From Herminiimonas sp. (GTDB lineage: Bacteria > Pseudomonadota > Gammaproteobacteria > Burkholderiales > Burkholderiaceae_D): a DNA stretch of 64,000 nt. Below are positions 22,691-31,630 of this stretch, piece by piece; position 1 is the first letter of the stretch, and every line of letters begins with the position of its first letter. The DNA lies in contig JAQGMR010000017.1 of the NCBI GenBank assembly GCA_028292265.1, forward strand, positions 7,855 through 71,854, given 5' to 3'. The translations under genes were made by a program, and so were the position numbers. The notes beneath the pieces were generated by a model that saw only the letters and a program-made list of their open reading frames with translations, made no database searches and was not told the origin of the DNA.

Positions 22691-24043
22691 ATGAAGAAAG
22701 TTATGCTTGCCATGGCCATGACGGCGTTGTTGCTGGCTGGCTGCGGCGACAATGCGGACAGCGGCAAAGTACAAAGCCCGTTGGCATCTTCGCCTGCCAC
22801 GCAATTTGCGACGAACCTTGGCCTGAGCGCCCGGGTGGGACAAAAAATATTTTTCGATAAGACCTTGTCCGGCTCCGGCAAGATGTCCTGCGCCTCCTGC
22901 CACGATCCACAATCTGCCTATGGCTCCCCGAACAATCTTTCGGTTCAACTTGGCGGCACCGACATGGCGACTGCGGGAACACGTGCCGTACCCGCGTTGC
23001 GTTACACGCAGGTAACGCCGGCCTATGCCGATCTGCTTGACAATCCTGACGGCATTAGCGTGCCAGGTCCGGGCGGTGGATTTACCTGGGACGGTCGCGC
23101 CAATACCCTGGCGGATCAGGCAAGAATACCGTTGTTGGCGCCAAATGAAATGGCCAACATCGACGCCGAAGCGGTCGTCACCAAGCTGCGCCAAGCGCCG
23201 TACGCGGCAATGTTCGAACAGGCTTTCGGAAAGGACGCCTTGGCGAACACCGATGCGGCCTTTGCCAACGCAATGCAAGCCCTGCAAGCGTTTCAGCTTG
23301 AAGATCCGGCTTTTCATCCCTATACAAGCAAATTCGACCTGTATGCCGGCAACAAGATCGGTGGCAATTTCACCCCCGCAGAGACGCGCGGGCTCAAAGT
23401 ATTTTCCGATCCTGCCACGGGCAACTGCGCCTCATGCCATTACCAGGGAGCTGGGTTGAATGGCAGCTCAGGATTGTTCACCGACTTCTCGTATGAAGCG
23501 ATAAGTGTGCCGCGCAATCCCGCGATTGCAGCAAACCAGGATCCCGCTTACTTCGACATGGGCTTGTGCGGTCCGACCCGGACCGACCACTCGCCCTCCC
23601 CTATCGGCTCGCCGAATAAATTTTGCGGCATGTTCAAGGCTCCGGGCTTACGCAATGTAGCAACCCGGAATACCTTCTTCCATAACGGCGTCATGCACTC
23701 CCTTGAGCAGGTCATCCGGTTCTATAACACCCGCGACACCATGCCGGAACTCTGGTACCCCACAGTGGGCGGGACAGCCAAGCCAACGCCGGACGCCGGC
23801 TTTCCGATGTACGGATTGATCACGACGCAATACACCGGCGGTACCGTGCAGAAGTACAACGATCTGCCAGCGGCGTACCGCGGCAACATCGACACACAAC
23901 TTCCCCTCGACGGCAGAACAGCAGGTAGCCCCAACCCGATGACAGAAGCGCAAATCGCGGACCTGATCTGCTTCCTTAAAACCCTGACAGACGGCTATGA
24001 CCCAGCGGCTCAGAATCCGGCCTCCGGCGCTTGCGGAAAATGA
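22691..24043 (+). CDS. Di-heme cytochrome c peroxidase / MauG-family lipoprotein
   Basis: Track ORF trimmed to ATG 22691 (MKKVMLAMAMTALLLAGCG). It has two CxxCH motifs (CASCHD, CASCHY) and a typical CCP spacing region containing PGLRNVA. Confidence 0.85.
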   Translation: MKKVMLAMAMTALLLAGCGDNADSGKVQSPLASSPATQFATNLGLSARVGQKIFFDKTLSGSGKMSCASCHDPQSAYGSPNNLSVQLGGTDMATAGTRAVPALRYTQVTPAYADLLDNPDGISVPGPGGGFTWDGRANTLADQARIPLLAPNEMANIDAEAVVTKLRQAPYAAMFEQAFGKDALANTDAAFANAMQALQAFQLEDPAFHPYTSKFDLYAGNKIGGNFTPAETRGLKVFSDPATGNCASCHYQGAGLNGSSGLFTDFSYEAISVPRNPAIAANQDPAYFDMGLCGPTRTDHSPSPIGSPNKFCGMFKAPGLRNVATRNTFFHNGVMHSLEQVIRFYNTRDTMPELWYPTVGGTAKPTPDAGFPMYGLITTQYTGGTVQKYNDLPAAYRGNIDTQLPLDGRTAGSPNPMTEAQIADLICFLKTLTDGYDPAAQNPASGACGK

Positions 24044-24101
24044 GCTGCGAAGGCATGCGAACCGCAATGCCCTTCCCCTTACCACCAACCTTATCCAATT
24101 C

Positions 24102-24749
24102 ATGAAAAACACTATCTTCTGCATCGCCGCCGGCTTGTTGCTGGTTGGTTGCAACAATCAGCACCAGCTTAGCGAGGCAAGCCAGACAAATTTTACAACA
24201 GCGATGAACGCCTACCTCGCCGCTCGCGGCGACCTTTGCCTTGCAAAAAATCAATGGCCCATCGTTGTGACCAGGGAAGAGGCAGAACTCGGCTCAAGGA
24301 ATGCCTTGCAGATGCCGGTGCTCGAAAGACTGGGTGTCGTAGCATCTGTCGCTGCAACGGTTGAAAAAGACGCAGGGCAAGGGAAATCGAGCACGTCGGG
24401 CCGCAGCTATCAACTGACCGACGCAGGCATGAAATTCTATCTGGCTCGTGAGCCGCGCAAGCAGGCGACAGGAAGCGCGGCAACGGCACAGCATGACTTA
24501 TGCGCGGCCAGACTGACCCTTGACAAGATAGTCGCGTGGGAAGCACCCACCAAGCCGAGCCAACCGGACGCCGGTGCCGAAACCATCGTGACCTACACCT
24601 ACAAAGTCGCAGCGGCCTCATGGACCGACGACGCCGAGGCTCGCAACGTATTTCCTGTAGTGGACCGCATCGTCAAGGGCGCCGGCGTATTGCAGCTCAA
24701 GGAGCCATTTCGGCTTACTGAACACGGTTGGGAAGCGAAAGACCTTTGA
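24102..24749 (+). CDS. Hypothetical lipoprotein (215 aa)
   Basis: Track ORF trimmed to ATG 24102. Signal and lipobox are MKNTIFCIAAGLLLVGCNN. I recognise no family. Confidence 0.55.
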   Translation: MKNTIFCIAAGLLLVGCNNQHQLSEASQTNFTTAMNAYLAARGDLCLAKNQWPIVVTREEAELGSRNALQMPVLERLGVVASVAATVEKDAGQGKSSTSGRSYQLTDAGMKFYLAREPRKQATGSAATAQHDLCAARLTLDKIVAWEAPTKPSQPDAGAETIVTYTYKVAAASWTDDAEARNVFPVVDRIVKGAGVLQLKEPFRLTEHGWEAKDL

Positions 24750-24804
24750 ACTTGCTTGTCACCTTCACGGATGCAGCAGGGCTCGCATCGCTTTTGGACA
24801 CCGG

Positions 24805-25710
24805 ATGAACGCACGCATACACTTTACGCCGCAACTGAAGGACTGGATTATTCACAATGTTGACCGGGGTGTCCCGCCCGCCGCGCTGGTACACCGAATG
24901 ATCGAACAGGGTTTCGACCGCTTGGTGGCGGAAGCTCTCGTACATTCCGTTTGGTCCGCAATGGCACTCGGTACCCCGATGCCAGAAGGTGCGATCGACA
25001 CTGCGCAAATTGAGGCTGCAGAGTACCGCCAGGAGCCCACTCGACTGTCGCCAGAAAATGCGGGCTCATCGGGTGGTAGCGGCGTTCGCGTCGCGTCCTG
25101 GATGACGCGACCGGTGCTTGCCGTGGTCGACAATGTGCTCAGCTTTGAGGAATGCGATCAACTGATTGCGCTTGCCACGCGTCGGCTGGCACCGTCCACG
25201 ATTGTCGATCCCGATTCTGGATTCGACATGGCAAGCGCCAGTCGCAGCAGCGTGGGCATGTTCTTCGAGCTTGAAGAAACGGCGTTCATTTCACGCATAG
25301 ACCAGCGCGTGTCCCGGCTAATGAATCTGCCGGTGGAAAACGGTGAAGGCTTGCAGGTACTGCGCTATCCGACTGGTGGGCAAAGCGCGCCGCATTTCGA
25401 CTTCCTGATGCCCACGAACGCTGCCAACATGGCTTCGGTTGAACGCAGCGGCCAGCGCGTCAGCACACTGGTAATTTATCTCAATGATGTGCTCCAGGGC
25501 GGCGAGACGGTCTTTCCAGAAACCGGAATGGCGGTGACCCCGCGCAAAGGCTGTGCGGTGTACTTTGAATATTGCAATAGTGCGGGTCAACTGGACTCCC
25601 TTTCTCTGCATGCCGCTCTGCCGGTACAAGCAGGGGAGAAATGGGTCGCCACCAAATGGATGCGCGAGCGCAGGTTTATATCAGCGGGGAGCAGTAGAAA
25701 AGAAGCATGA
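24805..25710 (+). CDS. 2-oxoglutarate/Fe(II) oxygenase, prolyl 4-hydroxylase (P4Hc)-like
   Basis: HxD in SAPHFDF, distal His in SLHAALPV, 2OG-binding Lys/Arg region EKWVATKWMRERRF, and ~100 aa of extra N-terminal sequence. Confidence 0.85.
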   Translation: MNARIHFTPQLKDWIIHNVDRGVPPAALVHRMIEQGFDRLVAEALVHSVWSAMALGTPMPEGAIDTAQIEAAEYRQEPTRLSPENAGSSGGSGVRVASWMTRPVLAVVDNVLSFEECDQLIALATRRLAPSTIVDPDSGFDMASASRSSVGMFFELEETAFISRIDQRVSRLMNLPVENGEGLQVLRYPTGGQSAPHFDFLMPTNAANMASVERSGQRVSTLVIYLNDVLQGGETVFPETGMAVTPRKGCAVYFEYCNSAGQLDSLSLHAALPVQAGEKWVATKWMRERRFISAGSSRKEA

Positions 25711-26000
25711 TGGCCCGAAATCGCCGACCGGTCGCAATCGGACCCAAAGGATCGTGTCGACGGTGGGTCGCGTCATGTGATGGAGTTCGACGAGAATGAC
25801 CGACCGACGCCATTCGGCCTGCGGTGACCGCGTCGTCGATGTGATGGAAGAACTCTACAAATTTGCGCGGCTGACGCGCGCTATCGCGCCGTTCCTGGTG
25901 GACCAATACAGCGAGCGCAAGGCCCAAGGCGAGGCAAAAAGAAACGAATGAAGGCCCGTCTATGACGCCGCCGCTCCCAACGGGCCGTGCACCCATTCTG

Positions 26001-26029
26001 AGGTCATCGGACTGCAACCAAACCGTCAT
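26001..26029 (+). promoter_or_regulatory. Possible triple Pho-box-like repeat upstream of the PlcP-like gene
   Basis: AGGTCATcggaCTGCAACcaaaCCGTCAT gives three heptamers phased at 11 bp, matching CTGTCAT at 5/7, 4/7 and 6/7. It lies ~70 bp upstream of ATG 26099. Confidence 0.35.
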
Positions 26030-26098
26030 GAGCGCGAAGTAATCCGCCGCTAGTCTTTGCATGTCGCAACCCATCGGATGGTTCACATCGAGGACGCC

Positions 26099-27010
26099 AT
26101 GAAACCAAGAGACGGCTTTTTGACTGACATGCTTCGCGAGCCTGGCCGCACGGCGAAGCGCTCGCCACTGCGGTACCGGACTATCTGGATTTCCGATGTT
26201 CATCTCGGCACGCCGGGTTGCCAGGCGAAGCGTCTGCTGGAATTTCTTCGGGCCACGGAGTCGGAGAAGCTTTACCTGGTCGGCGACATCGTCGACGGCT
26301 GGCAACTGCGACGGCGCTGGTTCTGGGACCAGGACCACAACAATATCGTGCAGCTGGTGCTCAAGAAGGCAAAGAAGGGGACTCAGGTCATCTTCGTGCC
26401 CGGCAATCACGACGAATCAGTACGTCAGTTTATCGACCTTGACTTCGGCGGCATTCAGATACGGGACGAGCTGGTACATGTCACCGCTGACAACAGACAC
26501 ATGCTGGTGCTGCATGGGGACCGGTTTGATGGCGTGATCGCCTGCGCCAAATGGCTGGCGTATGTCGGCGACAGTCTTTACACAATGATCCTAAAGTGGA
26601 ACCAGATATTCAATTACTGGCGGGCCCGTGCCGGCCTTCCGTACTGGTCGCTCTCGCAATACCTGAAGCTGAAGGTGAAAAACGCTGTTAGCTATATCTC
26701 CTCGTTCGAGGATGCGCTGGCGGCGGAGGCGCGCAAGCGCGGGCTCGATGGCGTTATCTGCGGCCACATTCACAAGCCCGAAATCCGGGAGATCGACGGC
26801 ATTCTCTATTGCAATGACGGCGATTGGGTGGAAAGCCTTTCTGCTCTGGTCGAAGACGCGGACGGCACGCTGCGACTTGTCGCCTGGGCCGAGATAATGG
26901 CACAGGCGGACAGAGCCGCCGCGGCAAGCTCTGCCGACATGGAGTACGCGTCCGGGAACGTGGGGCGCGAGCCACAGGTCGCCACCCTCGGAAAAATGCA
27001 TCATGGCTGA
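26099..27010 (+). CDS. LpxH-class metallophosphoesterase, PlcP-like (phosphate-starvation phospholipase C candidate)
   Basis: Calcineurin-like motifs IWISDVHLGT, LYLVGDIVDGW, FVPGNHDE, LVLHGDRFD and ICGHIHKP. ATG 26099 is preceded by GAGGA. The track start at 26057 is TTG. Confidence 0.8.
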   Translation: MKPRDGFLTDMLREPGRTAKRSPLRYRTIWISDVHLGTPGCQAKRLLEFLRATESEKLYLVGDIVDGWQLRRRWFWDQDHNNIVQLVLKKAKKGTQVIFVPGNHDESVRQFIDLDFGGIQIRDELVHVTADNRHMLVLHGDRFDGVIACAKWLAYVGDSLYTMILKWNQIFNYWRARAGLPYWSLSQYLKLKVKNAVSYISSFEDALAAEARKRGLDGVICGHIHKPEIREIDGILYCNDGDWVESLSALVEDADGTLRLVAWAEIMAQADRAAAASSADMEYASGNVGREPQVATLGKMHHG

Positions 27011-28325
27011 CGCCTCGCTGGCTTCGCTGCGGCGCCAGGGCATAACCGCATGGGTTAAGGGGGCGGGCGCCACTTCATGGCTGCATTGGGGACTGGCGAA
27101 GACCGTGACCCACCGCTGTGCCCAGTCTCCTCACCCGTCTGCGCCAGAAGAATTACGCAGGGCACCGGCCGCCCGCGATACGCAGCCCCCAGGAAGGGGA
27201 CCGGTGTCAATCCTGGTCCTGAGTGCCTCGGTCGGCTCGGGCCACACAAGGGCGGCGGACGCAGTGTGCGAGGCGGCGGCACCGCGCGGCGCCGCGGTTA
27301 GCGTCACGCATGTTGACGCGCTTGGCCTGATGTCGGCGTCATTTCGGCGGGCGTATGCCGGCTGGTACCTGGCCCTGGCGGGTCGTCATCCAGACGTCTG
27401 GTCATGGCTGTATCGTGCCACCAACGATCCGGCACCGGAGAGTTGGGCCGGGCGCCTGCGCAGGCGCGTCGAGCGCTTGCATGCGCGCCGTCTGTTGCGT
27501 CAGGTCGTCGCAGCGCAACCGGACCTCGTGCTGTGCACACACTTTATGCCGGCCGAGCTATTGGCGCGTGAAGTGGTCGAGGGCCGCTTGCGCTCCCCGG
27601 TGTGGGTAGCGGTAACCGATTTCGACTTGCACCGAATGTGGGTACATGAAGGAATTTCCGGCTATTTTGCAGCGAACGAGGAAGTCGCCTATCGGATGCG
27701 GGCCCGCCATATTCCTCCAGAGCGGATTCACGTTACCGGCATACCCGTAATGCAGGACTTCCAGCGGCAATTCGACCGCCGGGCGTGCGCCCGTCGCCTT
27801 GGCATCAATCCCCAGCGAACCACGCTTCTCCTGATGGGTGGCGGTGCAGGATTCGGAACCTTGGTGGAGGTGGCAGAGCGCCTGATCCGGCTGCCGGGCG
27901 ACTTCCAGTTGTTGGTCCTTGCAGGGACTAATGGCGTTGCGCTCGACGGATTGCATCGGCTGGCAGCGCTGCATCCGGGTCGCCTGTTCGCGAGTGGCTT
28001 TACTTCGCATGTCGCCAGCTGGATGGCGTGCGCCGACCTGGTTATCACCAAGCCGGGTGGGCTGACCGTGGCCGAGTCACTGGCGATGGGCCTGCCCATG
28101 ATCGTGCACGGTGCGATTCCCGGACAAGAGGAGCGCAACGCCGACTTTCTGCTGGAGCATGGGGCTGCGCTCAAGGCGACGGACGGCGTGACCCTCGAAT
28201 ACCGGGTGCGCTATCTGATGGACCATCCCGAGGCGTTGGCTTCCATGCGCCGCCGCGCTCGCGCTCTTGGCCGGAGCGATTCGGCCCGTGCAGTGCTGCG
28301 GGTGTTAATTGATACGGTCACCTGA
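27003..28325 (+). CDS. GT28 MGDG-synthase / UgtP-like diacylglycerol glycosyltransferase
   Basis: N-terminal motif ILVLSASVGSGHTRAADAV and C-terminal UDP-sugar motif VITKPGGLTVAESLAMGLPMIV...PGQEERNADFL. The start overlaps the preceding stop by 8 nt. The ~68-aa N-terminal leader is uncertain, with a possible GTG start near 27201. Confidence 0.8.
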   Translation: MADASLASLRRQGITAWVKGAGATSWLHWGLAKTVTHRCAQSPHPSAPEELRRAPAARDTQPPGRGPVSILVLSASVGSGHTRAADAVCEAAAPRGAAVSVTHVDALGLMSASFRRAYAGWYLALAGRHPDVWSWLYRATNDPAPESWAGRLRRRVERLHARRLLRQVVAAQPDLVLCTHFMPAELLAREVVEGRLRSPVWVAVTDFDLHRMWVHEGISGYFAANEEVAYRMRARHIPPERIHVTGIPVMQDFQRQFDRRACARRLGINPQRTTLLLMGGGAGFGTLVEVAERLIRLPGDFQLLVLAGTNGVALDGLHRLAALHPGRLFASGFTSHVASWMACADLVITKPGGLTVAESLAMGLPMIVHGAIPGQEERNADFLLEHGAALKATDGVTLEYRVRYLMDHPEALASMRRRARALGRSDSARAVLRVLIDTVT

Positions 28326-28885
28326 TGCGGTGCTCGTCGATCCGTTTGGTGCCCGTGGAAAGCGGTGCATGGCGCGTCGCCGTTGCACTAGCGTGGACGG
28401 TAGCGTTGGCATGGCTTTTTGCCCACGTCGAAATCGAGATTGAAGGCGGCTCGGGGTGGGCTGCCAGCCTGCCGACATGGCGCGTGGAGCAGCACTGGGC
28501 GCTCGACCTGTTTTGGGGCGGCCGGGCCATGACGGGGTACCACGCCTGGATGTTCCCCTTCATTGCCCTTGCATTCCACTACCCGTTCGCCTTTGGTCAG
28601 CGATGGGACTGGCGTGCCGAGTGCAAGGCCATGGCCTGCATCATGGTGTTCTGGATTTCCGAGGACGCATTGTGGTTCGCGATCAACCCGGCGTGGGGGA
28701 TGGACCGGTTCCACGCGGCGGCGGTGCCGTGGCACAAGCACTGGATCGCCGGTTTGCCGACCGATTATTGGGTTTTTGGCACAGCAGCAGTTGCGCTGCT
28801 TTTTGCTGCCAGCGTCAAGCCCGCCAGCGTCGTTGGTGCGGTCGATGCCAGTACGCGTGATCCATGGTCTGGCCAAACTGAGTAA
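28325..28885 (+). CDS. Trp-rich integral membrane protein of unknown function
   Basis: The ATG overlaps the glycosyltransferase stop (TGATG at 28323-28327). Several hydrophobic helices are present (WRVAVALAWTVALAWLF, YHAWMFPFIALAFHYPF, MACIMVFWISEDALWFAI). I recognise no family. Confidence 0.55.
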   Translation: MRCSSIRLVPVESGAWRVAVALAWTVALAWLFAHVEIEIEGGSGWAASLPTWRVEQHWALDLFWGGRAMTGYHAWMFPFIALAFHYPFAFGQRWDWRAECKAMACIMVFWISEDALWFAINPAWGMDRFHAAAVPWHKHWIAGLPTDYWVFGTAAVALLFAASVKPASVVGAVDASTRDPWSGQTE

Positions 28886-29269
28886 CCAAATCCTGCAGCA
28901 CCAAGGACCTTTCCGAATCGCTCACGTCACGTGCGTGATGCAGCGCCGTCTCCACCACGGTTTCCCGATCGGTGGATGACTCGAACGCTTGCAGTATAAA
29001 GTCAATTGCGGCTGCCCTGTCTGTCGCGGCGTCCGCCTCACTTCCCGAAATTTCCGTTTGCAAAGCCAATGCGCTTGGTGATTTCATTAAGCTTCCTTTC
29101 GTCAGTAAGCCGCCCTTTGTGACCGCTGAATGCGGCGCAAGGTTTCACCGTCCATCGGATTATGCAAAAACAGTTTCCAGGTTTGCCCGCTTGAGCGCCG
29201 TTCGACAAATAGGCGAATGCCGTGGTGCAGTAACGGAATTGTCGCTTTGCTAAAAGGCCCGCGCAACCC

Positions 29270-30502
29270 CTACAAGGCGAGCGAAAAAACGTGCAACAAA
29301 AGTCCCACCAGACCGCCGACGATGGTGCCGTTGATGCGGATGTACTGCAGGTCCTTGCCCACATAAAGCTCGAACTTGCGCGAAACCGTTTCGGCGTCCC
29401 ACTTCTGTATCACCCGCTTTACCAGTGCGGCGATAGCGTGCCGCCGGTTGACAATGGCATCGGTCGAGAATTCGCAAATCCATGCGTTGAGGCGATCCTG
29501 CACAGAGGCGTCCTGCATCAGAGCATGGCTGAAGCTGCCCAATGCCCAATCCAGGCGCCTGACGGTTCGCGAGCCGGGCGAAGCGACATCCTTTAGCAGA
29601 CGGTCGCGCAGGTCGCGCCAGATCTGCTGGCTGTATTCGCGAAAAAGTGGATTGCTCAGGGTCTGTCCGACGATCGCTGCGATCTTTTGCTCATACTCGG
29701 GCGAGACTCGCAGGTTCTCAATAAACTCCTCGGCGCTTTGCTGAAAGCGCTCGCGCCACGAACTGTCTTCTTGCTTCATCTCCTCCAGCATGTTTTCCGC
29801 TTCTTCGATCAGCTTGGCGAAAAGCCGGTCGTCAACGGCGCGTGGAAGCCAGCGGGGACTTTTTTCATGGATCTTCTGGCGGATGCTCAAGCGGTTGGCC
29901 TGCAAGGCGTCCGACGCAATGTTGATGAGGTGATCGAACAGCATCTGGTGGCGGCGATCCGCAATCAGCATGGCCAGCAACTCAGCCAGTATTGGACCCA
30001 TGCGGACATTTTTCAGCGCCTTGGCGCCGGCATTCTGGAGGAAGTTGGCAACCTCTTCATCCTCGATCATGCGCACCAGCGCGGGCAGGCCACTCACCAA
30101 CTGCAGCGCCACGGCGCGCCGATTGGCGCCGTTTTCAAGCCACAGCGCTGCGGAGCCGGCGAAATTGATTGGCTTCAGTTCTTCGGCCAGCACCTCGCGC
30201 GTAATGAAGTTGTGTTCGAGGAAATTGGCGACGCTCTCGCCGATCCGGTCCTTGTTGCGAGGAATGACTTCAGTGTGAGGAATCGGAAGACCGAGCGGCC
30301 GTCGAAATAAGGCCGTGACGGCGAACCAGTCTGCAAGCGCGCCCACCATGGCGGCCTCGGTGAATGCGGTAACGTAGGACAGCCATGGATGCGCCGGCTG
30401 CAGCAAACGGGCTCCAACGAAAATCACCGCCATCAGGGCCAGGAGGCCAGTGGCAATGGTTCGCATGCGTGCCAGTTGGGCTTGCTGGTCGGTTTCGGTC
30501 AT
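29270..30502 (-). CDS. DUF445 (YjiN-like) membrane-associated protein
   Basis: Track ORF trimmed to ATG 30502. It has an N-terminal TM segment followed by FAVTALFRRPLGLPIPHTEVIPRNKDRIGESVANFLEHNF, which I recognise as the DUF445 signature. Confidence 0.72.
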   Translation of the reverse strand: MTETDQQAQLARMRTIATGLLALMAVIFVGARLLQPAHPWLSYVTAFTEAAMVGALADWFAVTALFRRPLGLPIPHTEVIPRNKDRIGESVANFLEHNFITREVLAEELKPINFAGSAALWLENGANRRAVALQLVSGLPALVRMIEDEEVANFLQNAGAKALKNVRMGPILAELLAMLIADRRHQMLFDHLINIASDALQANRLSIRQKIHEKSPRWLPRAVDDRLFAKLIEEAENMLEEMKQEDSSWRERFQQSAEEFIENLRVSPEYEQKIAAIVGQTLSNPLFREYSQQIWRDLRDRLLKDVASPGSRTVRRLDWALGSFSHALMQDASVQDRLNAWICEFSTDAIVNRRHAIAALVKRVIQKWDAETVSRKFELYVGKDLQYIRINGTIVGGLVGLLLHVFSLAL

Positions 30503-30781
30503 GGGCAAGGTACGAAAGCGCAAACCATGCAGGCGTCTGCCTTGTGTGGCGCCTGCCCGCTCTGGCCGCGCAGCGGGAGGACGCGGCATAACAAGTGCGC
30601 CGCAGCCCGACCCAACCGGGCGGTCTCAATTCCAATCGTTTTCAGCAGCATGGTTCGCCATCCAGGGAAGGCGTCGCGGCGGCCTCTGTCCCAACGCTGA
30701 ATCCGGCGCACATGACCGGCGTGGTCTGCGCGACGGCGAGAAGCTGGTTGAAGACTGAACAAACGTGCCGCATGCACTGGT

Positions 30782-31498
30782 TTATTTTTCTTTCTTCGGC
30801 CTTGCAGTTTTCAGAGGATCCAGTTCCGCCAGCTTTCTCTTCAATTCAGCGGTGGAGACTTCGCAAATCATGGCGAGCCCGATCCGCAGCAACTCGCTTC
30901 TTTTGGCGCTGAACCCCTCGCGCATACAGTTCTTCTTGATTTCGCCGAGCAGCCTGTATTCGTCTTCAGGCATCGTGAAGCTGTCGCGCACCAGCTTTGG
31001 CTTGCGAGGCCGGCCCTTGTCCTCCTGATCCAGGAGGCTGGCCCCATTCCCACCGGTTCCCATCTCCGATGCAACTCTTGTGTCAAATCCGCCGTCCGCC
31101 TCCCAGGTGAGCCTGGCCTGCCGGGCGGCGCCGCCCTTGGTCGTGTCCGCTGTTTTTGAAGCGCCGTTACCGCGACCGTCCGAGGTCGCAGGCTTATGCG
31201 TTGCGTCAGCTGTCTTTTTGACTTTGGGCTTTGCCCCGGTCGCTTTGGCAGAGTCGTTCGCTTTCGGCTGGGCCGGTTTTGTTTTCCCTTTGCTTGGGGC
31301 GCTGGCTGTCGGCCTGGTTGAAGGCCTGGTTGTCGGCTTTGATGCGGGCTTGATTGACTGCTTGCTTGGCTGCTTGCTTGGCTGCTTCGTGGCTACGGCC
31401 GTTGCAGCTTTGGCTCCAGATTTCGTGGCTGACCTGGTAGCTGGCTTCGCAGGTTTCGCGGCCGTTCGTTTGACACCTTTTGCCTGAACCACATTCAT
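30782..31498 (-). CDS. Histone-H1-like Lys/Ala/Pro/Thr-rich protein with a C-terminal ribbon-helix-helix-like domain
   Basis: Track ORF trimmed to ATG 31498, which is preceded by AAGGA. Residues 1-150 are low complexity (KPAKPATRSATKSGAKAATAVATKQPSKQPSKQS...). The C-terminus LVRDSFTMPEDEYRLLGEIKKNCMREGFSAKRSELLRIGLAMI has a beta-alpha-alpha pattern. Confidence 0.68.
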   Translation of the reverse strand: MNVVQAKGVKRTAAKPAKPATRSATKSGAKAATAVATKQPSKQPSKQSIKPASKPTTRPSTRPTASAPSKGKTKPAQPKANDSAKATGAKPKVKKTADATHKPATSDGRGNGASKTADTTKGGAARQARLTWEADGGFDTRVASEMGTGGNGASLLDQEDKGRPRKPKLVRDSFTMPEDEYRLLGEIKKNCMREGFSAKRSELLRIGLAMICEVSTAELKRKLAELDPLKTARPKKEK

Positions 31499-31630
31499 CC
31501 TTAGCATTATTGGTGCGACCAATGTAATTCGTTTAGTGCCTATCCGCAAGCTGGCCACGCATTGTGCCCTTGGCTGCGGGTTTGATCTCGAACATACCGG
31601 TTGCGACTGCGTGGATGGCCACCGTCTGCA

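Noticed and set aside
25796-25951. 51-codon plus-strand ORF (MTDRRHSACGDRVVDVMEELYKFARLTRAIAPFLVDQYSERKAQGEAKRNE) between the oxygenase and the PlcP-like gene.
   Set aside because: It is too short, has no convincing RBS and matches no family I recognise. I cannot support it from sequence alone.
25676-26410. 244-aa minus-strand ORF overlapping the start of the PlcP-like gene.
   Set aside because: It overlaps a plus-strand gene with complete metallophosphoesterase motifs. It has no motifs or RBS of its own.
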